Shown one piece after another: positions 24,832 to 33,062 of a stretch of 64,000 nucleotides of DNA. Position numbers and translations under genes: made by a program. The DNA is from Podarcis filfolensis. Lineage: Eukaryota. The notes below the pieces were generated by a model. It made no database searches. It saw only the letters and a program-made list of their open reading frames with translations, and was not told the origin of the DNA. The DNA lies in the NCBI GenBank assembly GCA_964270895.1, contig OZ185440.1, one strand, 5' to 3'. The stretch's first letter is position 1. Every line of letters begins with the position of its first letter.

Positions 24832-25489
24832 TGTAGAGATGTTCTCTTTATGTGCCAGTATAGTAAAACACTGGTTCTTTTCTGTGGCATTCTGGGAAAC
24901 TTTTCCTAGCTACTTCTGAACCTTAAAATCTTTCTCTGCTTCTCTCTCTCATACACACTGTGTAAAGATGTGCTAGGTACACACAAATTCCATTCTTTGC
25001 ATTCCACTCTTTTTTCACTCAGGTCACATTAAGTTTACAATGATCTGTTTTCCTTCAGTGTATAATTAATTAGTTGTTCTGTTTTCCTTCAGTGTATAAT
25101 TAATTATTTGTTTTTATATTCTTATCATAACATTAGTAATTGATTTAGACATAATATAACCAATCATAAATCTAGGTGGATTAAAAGCTTAGATACTTGT
25201 CTAAGGTCCATTAGCAAAAGACCCTTTGAAGAATTGGAGATTAATGGATTTTGGGTAACCCCTCCTTATACCTATGTTAACCAATAAGGAACTAGCCTCT
25301 TTGTTTGTATTTTAACCAATCAGCCACTAACATATGAGTGGCCATGCTTTTGTAAGATTCAATAAAAAGAGAGACACAGATGAGTTTCAGGCACGCACGC
25401 ACTCTCTCTCAAGAGGCAGCCTTGGAGCTCAGCTGGGGATCTCAAAAACACCATCCACTTGTTTGCCTTGATTCGAACGCAACTCAACA
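24832..25489 (+). repeat. 5' LTR (658 bp)
   Basis: TGTAGAGATG...AACTCAACA. CCAAT boxes near 25160, 25281 and 25316; AATAAAAA at 25361. Contains a 34-bp tandem duplication (25044-25111). Confidence 0.97.
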
Positions 25490-25491
25490 TC

Positions 25492-25509
25492 TGGTGACCC
25501 CGACGTGAT
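25492..25509 (+). promoter_or_regulatory. Primer-binding site, tRNA-Trp
   Basis: TGGTGACCCCGACGTGAT is the 18-nt complement of the vertebrate tRNA-Trp 3' end and the same PBS as avian sarcoma-leukosis viruses. It lies 2 nt after the LTR CA. Confidence 0.92.
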
Positions 25510-25603
25510 TTCGACGAAGTAAGGTACCAGGTCCCTTGCAGAGCTAGGAAAACCTCATACTTAATCCGACTGGAAAAAAGTCTCAGCGCGCTATTTCATA
25601 AGT

Positions 25604-27148
25604 ATGGGAGGGAATCTGACAAAAGGTCAAAAAGCTCACGCAAATGAATTATTTAAATTAGTCAAGCAAAAGGGGGATGGTGTTCAAATTTCCTTAAAAG
25701 AAATTGAACAAATGTTAATGGAAATAACGTTCCAATGTCCATTTTACGCAGACAAAGGGTCTCTGGACATAGAGACCTGGCAAAAAATTGGAAAAACGCT
25801 TTTTTCTGAGCCAAGGGCTCCGATCGATTGCTTGCTTACTTGGCAAAAATGTGCAAATGCTATTGGTAAATTAGGATTGTCGTCTTCCTTACTTTCTACA
25901 TCCCTTGCTTCCGCACCTGATCCTCCCCCGTACCCACAAATCTTGCCTCCTTTGACTTCACCCCCCTCCTTTCCCTCTCAGCTCGAAGCAGCTCCGTGTC
26001 AGATTAATACAATCCCCCTCTCTCCCCCTTCTCTGCCTGCCACTCCTCTGCCGGTGCCTGCGAGCTCTGCAGAAGCTGCATCTCAGCCTGCTGTTCTTTC
26101 CTCTCTCCCCCCTTTGCATTCTGTTGTTCCAAATGTTTCTGGGGTTGTCCGTGCAGGAATTTCTGAAGCCAGGCAGGAAGGTCTTTTATCTTTAGAAGAG
26201 CAGTCTGCATGGTCTGGGGAAATGCCGTCACTTTTCCCTTTCACTTATCAGCCTATCCCAGGGACAGCACAGCAACAGGTATTTCATGATAAGCTTCCAT
26301 ATTCCATAATGAAGGAATTCAGGAAGGCTATCTCTGACTCAGGTCTTAAATCTTCATATGTTAATGGAATGTTGGAATGTATTTCAACTTCTTATGTCAT
26401 GTGTCCTAATGATTGGAAAGATCTTATGCATATGATTTTATCCCCTGCACAATATGTGGTCTTTGAAAGTGAATTTAAACATAGTGCGATAGCTCTGGCT
26501 GATCCAATGCATACAGCAAGTCAAATTTTTGGATCTGCCCCATTCGATAGCTTGGCTGCACAAGCATTATTGTCAGCTTCGCATTTCAGCCGCACTGCGA
26601 CCTGTGTCCAGCGCGCCATTCGTAAAGTCCCTGTCTCAGGGCAGCCTCTGAACTCCTTTGTAAATGTTAAGCAGCAACACTCAGAGCCTTACCATCAATT
26701 TATTGATAGATTAAAAGAATCAATCTCTAGACAGATAGATAATGAAACAGCTCAGAATGAGTTGATGAAAAAATTAGCCTTTGAGAATGCTAATACTGAT
26801 TCTAAGAAGGTGTTACAATCTGTCATAAGTCGTTCAAAATATAGTCTTGCAGATATGATACAATCATGTACAGAAATAGGGAGTCAATCTCATGCTATGT
26901 CTTTACTTGCCACTGCAATCCAAACTAATAGCAGGCCAACAGGTAATTGTTTCAATTGCAAGCGCCCTGGGCATTTTGCTAAGCAGTGCAGGGCGCCTGG
27001 CGGAGGTGCGAATAAAAATACTACTGCAAATACTACTACCAGACCTTCAAAAAAATGTCCAAAGTGTGGAAAAGGGTATCATTGGGCAAATCAATGTAGG
27101 TCTCAGGGAAACTCCTTAGGGGCCCAACTCTCAGGCCCGGAAAATTAG
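25604..27148 (+). CDS. gag: Retroviral Gag polyprotein (514 aa, intact)
   Basis: Myristoylation signal MGGNLTK and betaretrovirus-type MA (FQCPFYADKGSLDIETWQKIGK). PPPY late domain, MHR (QHSEPYHQFIDRL), and two CCHC knuckles (CFNCKRPGHFAKQC, CPKCGKGYHWANQC). Confidence 0.97.
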   Translation: MGGNLTKGQKAHANELFKLVKQKGDGVQISLKEIEQMLMEITFQCPFYADKGSLDIETWQKIGKTLFSEPRAPIDCLLTWQKCANAIGKLGLSSSLLSTSLASAPDPPPYPQILPPLTSPPSFPSQLEAAPCQINTIPLSPPSLPATPLPVPASSAEAASQPAVLSSLPPLHSVVPNVSGVVRAGISEARQEGLLSLEEQSAWSGEMPSLFPFTYQPIPGTAQQQVFHDKLPYSIMKEFRKAISDSGLKSSYVNGMLECISTSYVMCPNDWKDLMHMILSPAQYVVFESEFKHSAIALADPMHTASQIFGSAPFDSLAAQALLSASHFSRTATCVQRAIRKVPVSGQPLNSFVNVKQQHSEPYHQFIDRLKESISRQIDNETAQNELMKKLAFENANTDSKKVLQSVISRSKYSLADMIQSCTEIGSQSHAMSLLATAIQTNSRPTGNCFNCKRPGHFAKQCRAPGGGANKNTTANTTTRPSKKCPKCGKGYHWANQCRSQGNSLGAQLSGPEN

Positions 27149-27154
27149 AGAGTT
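27106..27154 (+). promoter_or_regulatory. gag-pro -1 ribosomal frameshift signal (G GGA AAC plus H-type pseudoknot)
   Basis: Heptamer at 27106-27112 in the correct gag phase, then a 7-nt spacer. Stem 1 GGGCC/GGCCC (27120-24/27134-38), stem 2 AACTCTC/GAGAGTT (27126-32/27148-54). Confidence 0.9.
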
Positions 27155-27882
27155 CCCCACCCTTAGTTTCTGCTGTTGCAAAAGTTTCTAAAATTGTGCC
27201 TTTTGAATTTGCTATTGATTTGATCAATCAAGAGGCCAAAGACACTGCCTTACCTGGTGAAATTGTGATCATGCCTAGCCAAATGGCAGGTCCACTCCCT
27301 TCTACAGTCACAGGTTTAATTTTGCCTAAATTTTCTGCGGCAAAACAAGGAATCCAGGTTATTCCAGGTGTTTTACATCATGATTATGTGGGCACCATTA
27401 TGATACAATTTTGGAGCCATATGCCAATGCAGTTAACTAAGGGTGAGTCTTGGGCACAATTGGTAATGCTTCCTTCTCCACCTAATGTCGTATCAGCTAT
27501 TGATAATAATTTGTGCGAGCTCTCTTCTTCTATTTCCTCACAGCTTTTGGCTGTGACACAGAGAATTGGACGACAAAAACTTCTTCGTAAGTATAAAATC
27601 AATGGAAAAATTATAGAAGGTTTGATTGACACAGGTGCTGACGTTTCTGTCATTTCCAGTAATTGTTGGGACTCCACATGGCCCTTAGAATCTGCTCCTA
27701 CAGTGTGGGGTGTGGGTGGTAACCAGACTTCTTGTAAAAGCGCACAGTGGCTACCTGTCTCTCTGCCAGACAGCTCTGAAATTATTGCATATATTCAGCC
27801 CTGTGTGCTAAACATCCACCTCAATTTGTGGGGAAGAGATTTACTGCAACAATTAAATGCTACTATTCAATTAAATGAGTAA
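27106..27882 (+). CDS. pro: Pro ORF: degenerate dUTPase domain plus aspartic protease
   Basis: The -1 frame is open from the slip site to TAA at 27880-82. dUTPase-like segment GLILPKFS...GVLHHDYVG...GESWAQL. Protease motifs GLIDTGADVSVI, GVGG and NLWGRDLL. No G-patch. Confidence 0.93.
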   Translation, partial: GKLLRGPTLRPGKLESSPPLVSAVAKVSKIVPFEFAIDLINQEAKDTALPGEIVIMPSQMAGPLPSTVTGLILPKFSAAKQGIQVIPGVLHHDYVGTIMIQFWSHMPMQLTKGESWAQLVMLPSPPNVVSAIDNNLCELSSSISSQLLAVTQRIGRQKLLRKYKINGKIIEGLIDTGADVSVISSNCWDSTWPLESAPTVWGVGGNQTSCKSAQWLPVSLPDSSEIIAYIQPCVLNIHLNLWGRDLLQQLNATIQLNE

Positions 27883-29494
27883 GCATGCTCTTCCCCTCAG
27901 CTGGAAATCTACTAACCCTGTATGGATAGAGCAATGGCCTCTTACTGGGGAACGATTAATTGCCTTAAAACAATTGGTCAATCAGCAATTACTGGCTGAC
28001 CATATTGAACCTTCAGTTAGTCCTTATAATACTCCAGTTTTTGTTATTAAAAAGAAATCAGGAAAATGGAGATTATTGCATGATTTAAGGCACATAAATA
28101 AAATCCTTGAACCCATGGGGCCTTTGCAATGTGGTCTTCCCAATCCAAATGTGATTCCACATTCTTATCAATTGGCTATAATAGATTTGCAAGATTGTTT
28201 CTTCTCTATCCCCCTAGAGGAGAAAGATCGTAGATATTTTGCTTTTACTGTACCAGTAATTAATAATTGTCAACCAACTGAGAGATATCAGTGGAAAGTT
28301 CTCCCTCAAGGAATGTTAAACTCCCCTACCATGTGTCAATATTATGTTAATCAAGCCCTTAAGCCTTTCCGTCTTCAGTATCCACACCTGCTGATTTACC
28401 ATTACACGGATGACGTTCTGATTTGTGCTCCGTGCCTCCCCCCTCATTGGAAACAGGATTTAACAACCTGTTTGTCATTGTATGGTTTAAAAATTGCTCC
28501 AGAGAAAGTCCAGGAAACTTCTCCCTTTCAATATTTGGGACACAAAATGATGGCTAGCTACTCTATTCCTATAATCCCTGAACTACATGTTCCTAAAACA
28601 ATGAAATATGTTCAGTTGCAACAATTGCTGGGTAATATTAACTGGATAAGGCCTTATTTTAAAATCCCTCTTGAAGTTTTGCGACCGCTTTTTTCAGCCT
28701 TAAAAGGCCATCAATTTCCTGGTGAGCAAATCACCTTGACACCTGCTCAACAGAAAACAGTTGCCCATCTGAAGGAACTCATGAAAATTCACTGGGTTGA
28801 TCGAGCAATTCCTAATGTTTTGCCCGATGTAGTCATAATGACAGATGCTATCCAACCTTTTGCAGCCATTATCCAGATAGGACCATCTAAAGTTCACATA
28901 ATTGAATGGATGTATTTACATCATACACCAAGGAACACAGTAACTCCCTTGGTGGATCTCCTTGCTCAGCTTATCTGCAAAGGGCGCCGTCGTTGCAAAG
29001 CGCTTTTTGGCACTGATTGTAATCAAATTATTCTGCCTATGCCTTTAGAGCAATGGGAAACTGCTCTCTCCAACAGCATGGATTTGCAGTGTGCATTGGC
29101 TAACTTTGTAGGTCAAATAGATTACCATGTCCCTGCAGACACTCGCTTGCAGATGAGCAAACAATTTTCCCTGTCATTCTTTTCTATTCTGTCTCCTACC
29201 CCTTTGGATGCCCTGACTGTCTTCACTGACGGATCTCCCACTAGGGGAGTCGTTGCTTGGCAACAGAACAACGAATGGAAAAGTTTGTACACTTTGCCTC
29301 AAAAATCTGCTCAGCGTGCTGAGTTAGCAGCTGCTGTAAAAGCGCTGCATCATTTTTCTTCACAACCTATTAACTTAATAGTTGATAGTTTGTATGTATC
29401 AAATGTCATAACCCGCATACAGGGCAGTTATGTAAGTCCTTTATTGGATGACAACTTGTTGAGTCTTTTCCTGTCCTTGCAATTGCTTCTTTAA
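27875..29494 (+). CDS. pol: Pol, RT and most of RNase H (539 aa); integrase absent
   Basis: PVWIEQWPL, PYNTPVFVIKKKSGKWRLLHDLR, IDLQDCFFSIPL, LPQGMLNSP, YTDD, then RNase H motifs FTDGS / SAQRAEL / VDSLY. Terminates at the deletion junction. Confidence 0.95.
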   Translation: MSKHALPLSWKSTNPVWIEQWPLTGERLIALKQLVNQQLLADHIEPSVSPYNTPVFVIKKKSGKWRLLHDLRHINKILEPMGPLQCGLPNPNVIPHSYQLAIIDLQDCFFSIPLEEKDRRYFAFTVPVINNCQPTERYQWKVLPQGMLNSPTMCQYYVNQALKPFRLQYPHLLIYHYTDDVLICAPCLPPHWKQDLTTCLSLYGLKIAPEKVQETSPFQYLGHKMMASYSIPIIPELHVPKTMKYVQLQQLLGNINWIRPYFKIPLEVLRPLFSALKGHQFPGEQITLTPAQQKTVAHLKELMKIHWVDRAIPNVLPDVVIMTDAIQPFAAIIQIGPSKVHIIEWMYLHHTPRNTVTPLVDLLAQLICKGRRRCKALFGTDCNQIILPMPLEQWETALSNSMDLQCALANFVGQIDYHVPADTRLQMSKQFSLSFFSILSPTPLDALTVFTDGSPTRGVVAWQQNNEWKSLYTLPQKSAQRAELAAAVKALHHFSSQPINLIVDSLYVSNVITRIQGSYVSPLLDDNLLSLFLSLQLLL

Positions 29495-29810
29495 CATCAC
29501 TGACAATTCCAAAGCCGTTCAACGTCAAATTTCTCATTTGCAAAATCTTACCCATCATATTAAACAGGACATTGGGTTCTCTGGTTTCTGGGATTCTATT
29601 TTTCAGTGGTTCACTGGCTGGTTGCCTAATTTAACTTGGCTTCGTAGTCTTTTTTATTATGCCATAATAATTGTATGTATATTAATTTTGTTCTTTTGCT
29701 TCCTCCAATGCATTCCTAGCCTTACAAATCTTTTTTCTCGCCTTTTCTCTCCACCTCAGCCACCTAGTGCTCTCCTCGCTGACTATTATTCGAAATGGCA
29801 ACGCCAATAA
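29481..29810 (+). pseudogene. env: env remnant: C-terminal half of the TM subunit
   Basis: The frame reads NCFFNITDNSKAVQRQISHLQNLTHHIKQD...LFYYAIIIVCILILFFCFLQCIP...KWQRQ*. This covers the end of the Cys loop, HR2, the membrane anchor and a short tail. It resembles ASLV TM (CCFNLSDHS...LLVVCLPCLLQ). Confidence 0.85.
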
Positions 29811-29993
29811 TAAACAAAAAGGGGAAATGTGGGTAGAATTATTTTGGGATTTACTGGCAAACCAATAATCCTGAAAGTACTCATGCCCCATCCACCCTCG
29901 CAGTATTATTTTGGGATTCGATGGCAAACCACTGATCCCAAAGCACTGCTGCTTTATTTTGCTTCATTCAACAAGTTGCCTTATTTCGCAAAT

Positions 29994-30010
29994 AAGAAAA
30001 AAAAGGAGGA
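29994..30010 (+). promoter_or_regulatory. Polypurine tract
   Basis: AAGAAAAAAAAGGAGGA followed by GA|TGT. GATGT is the exact inverse of ACATC at the U5/PBS junction. Confidence 0.9.
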
Positions 30011-30012
30011 GA

Positions 30013-30636
30013 TGTAGAGATGTTCTCTTTATGTGCCAGTATAGTAAAACACTGGTTCTTTTCTGTGGCATTCTGGGAAACTTTTCCTAGCTACTTCTGA
30101 ACCTTAAAATCTTTCTCTGCTTCTCTCTCTCATACACACTGTGTAAAGATGTGCTAGGTACACACAAATTCCATTCTTTGCATTCCACTCTTTTTTCACT
30201 CAGGTCACATTAAGTTTACAATGATCTGTTTTCCTTCAGTGTATAATTAATTATTTGTTTTTATATTCTTATCATAACATTAGTAATTGATTTAGACATA
30301 ATATAACCAATCATAAATCTAGGTGGATTAAAAGCTTAGATACTTGTCTAAGGTCCATTAGCAAAAGACCCTTTGAAGAATTGGAGATTAATGGATTTTG
30401 GGTAACCCCTCCTTATACCTATGTTAACCAATAAGGAACTAGCCTCTTTGTTTGTATTTTAACCAATCAGCCACTAACATATGAGTGGCCATGCTTTTGT
30501 AAGATTCAATAAAAAGAGAGACACAGATGAGTTTCAGGCACGCACGCACTCTCTCTCAAGAGGCAGCCTTGGAGCTCAGCTGGGGATCTCAAAAACACCA
30601 TCCACTTGTTTGCCTTGATTCGAACGCAACTCAACA
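30013..30636 (+). repeat. 3' LTR (624 bp)
   Basis: By manual comparison, identical to the 5' LTR except for one missing 34-bp repeat unit. Confidence 0.97.
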
Positions 30637-32913
30637 CCCACCTCTGATCCCCAGACCTTCCCATGTGACCCCTATATGATCATATTTTTCATTCAAATTA
30701 TTAAACTTCTACATTAATGTTAACAACCAATGCACTAATCCAGTTAATGCTCCATTCCAATAGTCCACAATGGTGCTGGGATACATTTTCCAAAGGACAC
30801 CTTGATACTAGACATAAGAGTAGCTATGAAGAAACACAATGAAATTCCTGCCACAACAACAACAACATTGAACTGTCTGTTCTTCGTTTACACAGTGGCA
30901 AACAGCATATTACTTGTAAATGAAACATGAAGTAATAAAAGGAGTTAATACTCAACTAACTGAACAATCACCTACTAAGAGTAGAGTGTTGGTAGTAACC
31001 CGATTCATTGTTCGTAGGAAGACAAGATAACACTTATGGTTTTTCAGGGAACTAAGTAAATATGATTGTTTTAAGTGCTCTTATAGCGTTCCCAAAACCT
31101 AAAATGACCCAGCCTTGAAAAAGATGTTACAGCTCTTTCTTTTAAAATTTGTGATGACATTTTATTAGCTTGATTCAGGGGGTGGGGGTGGAGTAGAAGC
31201 TCACTGATGGCTTTACAATACAATAGCTAAACAAAATGGCTTTCAGCAAACCACTTGTTATAAGTGCCTTATTTAAAATGTTGTGTGCAAAAATTAATTA
31301 GTTACCTTACCATGGGGTTTCGAAATTGCTTGGTAGACCTTGAACAAAGATAACAAATAAATGGCAATCATATTGGGAGCATTGCTTGGATCTAGTTTTT
31401 GTTTAAAGGATTACCAATGTGAAAGCTGAACTAAATGCCACCTATATAGTTTGTCTCATTTGGTAGGTTTTTACTAACAATTCTGTAAGGTGGAAACATA
31501 GCAAATGTCTAAATAAGAGGCTGGCAGTGAAGACCCTCCTAGCCCCCATTAGGATAAAATCTGTTCTTAATAATGTTAAGCATGGATTTTTATGTCTAGG
31601 AAAAGGACAGAAAAACAAGCTAATAAGCTATTTTATACTCTTATGGGCTCAATTCCCCCTTCCATTAAAATCCTTGTAGGAATTGAAAATACAAAGACTT
31701 CCATATGCATAATTATGCTGTTAGCATATTAAGCATGATACTTATTAATGCAAGTGCTGTGATTGTTCTCTCCATCCTCTTTTCAATTTAACCTGAAACA
31801 AAAATGTTCTGGAGAATTCTGGTGTAAGATGTAGTCACACAGGATTCATGCTGGTATTTGTGCCTGCCAATTCCACCACCCCTGCTTTTTTGGGGTTGGA
31901 TTCAAAACAGAAAAGGGATACCCCTTGCAAGACTAGAATAGAATAGACTAGAATGGATAAAAGATCTTGCAGCCTCCTTGGTACATCTCCAAGGAGCATT
32001 GCTGCAAGTTCACAAGCGCCTAGCATGGCATTACTACCTGCACAGCAAAATCATGTGCTGTCTAGACTAACAGCAGCATACAGCACTGATTCTGAGATGG
32101 TGACAGACACACAACCCAAAGCAAATGGGAAGATACCCTTGAGGCCTCTTTTGGGATGCCCACTTCTTCCACGCCTTCCAGTTTCTTCAACTTCCAGATA
32201 CTGTATCCCACCCAGCTGAATTGATTTGGAGGAATCACTACAAGGAGATGTTTGGGCATTGGAGGTGCTTCTGACCCTTCTTGCCCAAAACATTTGCCAT
32301 TACTGGCATCACATTTTTTAAAAAAATATGGTGCACAAATGGGAGGTGGAATGGAGAGAGTCTTAAGGTTTACCTAAAACTGACATGCCCAGCGATCAAA
32401 TTCATGTGCAGGCAAAGAACGAGCACAGGATCTAAGCATGCAATAAGGCCAGACCAGGGAGCACATAACTACCAGCTCCTGAATGGATTTTCAGTGACCT
32501 AAGATAATTGTTGGGACATCCCCATCTTAAGCTTCCCCATGGCTACTAAAAATCCTGATGGAAATCAGAAGCCCAGGCCAGGGAACTAGTGCCATCAGCT
32601 CCTTGAATTGGCCTGATGATATTTGCAGCATTTGCTTACTCTAATACTTTAAAACTGTAAATCACCTTGGGTGCTGTGGCAGAAAGATAGTTGCATAGAA
32701 TGCAATAAGCAAAAAGCATAGTGACTGGATGTGGATTGTTTCAGCTATGTGGTGTAACCTAGGAGTCTAGAAAAAGGGAATATATTTGAAAGAATGCAAC
32801 AGTAATTTCTATCAATAATGTTTCATAGTTACAGTCTGCTACTATGTCTTTCTCCAACTGTTTGTAACCTTCTTCTACCACTCTCCTGGCCCATATGAGA
32901 GAGTTACCTTTGA

Positions 32914-33062
32914 GGAAGGGACGTGGCCCAGTGGTAGATCACATGCTTTAAATGCAAGGTTCCAGATGCAATCCCTAGCATCTCCAAGGATGGCTTCCAA
33001 GGATGAAATACCAGTGACATCACTCCTCCCCAAGCATTTCAGGTCAGCATAGTGAAGGTTTG
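32914..33062 (+). mobile_element. Old tRNA(Ala-like)-derived SINE, decayed
   Basis: GTGGCCCAGTGGTAGATCACATGC A-box and CCAGATGCAATCCCTAGCATCTCC B-box remnant. A related tail lies at about 33277-33345 and another head at about 47075-47150. Confidence 0.55.

Larger units (their letters stand above)
24832..30636 (+). mobile_element. Class II (alpha/beta-like) endogenous retrovirus, internally deleted, 5805 bp
   Basis: TG...CA LTR pair with a 6-bp TSD CCCACC (24826-24831 and 30637-30642). Order is PBS, gag, dUTPase-pro, RT-RNaseH, env TM remnant, PPT. Confidence 0.98.

Noticed and set aside
27826-27836. TURBS-like GTGGGGA upstream of the pro/pol overlap
   Set aside because: It is not an exact UGGGA motif and is fully explained by the conserved protease W-G-R codons, so it was not counted as evidence.
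29829-30017. 62-aa ORF after env as an accessory gene
   Set aside because: GTG start, runs through tandem hairpins and the PPT, and has no recognisable homology.
31835-32293. Two in-frame minus-strand ORFs separated by one stop
   Set aside because: No recognisable domain or convincing splice sites; I could not tell it from chance or a decayed TE.
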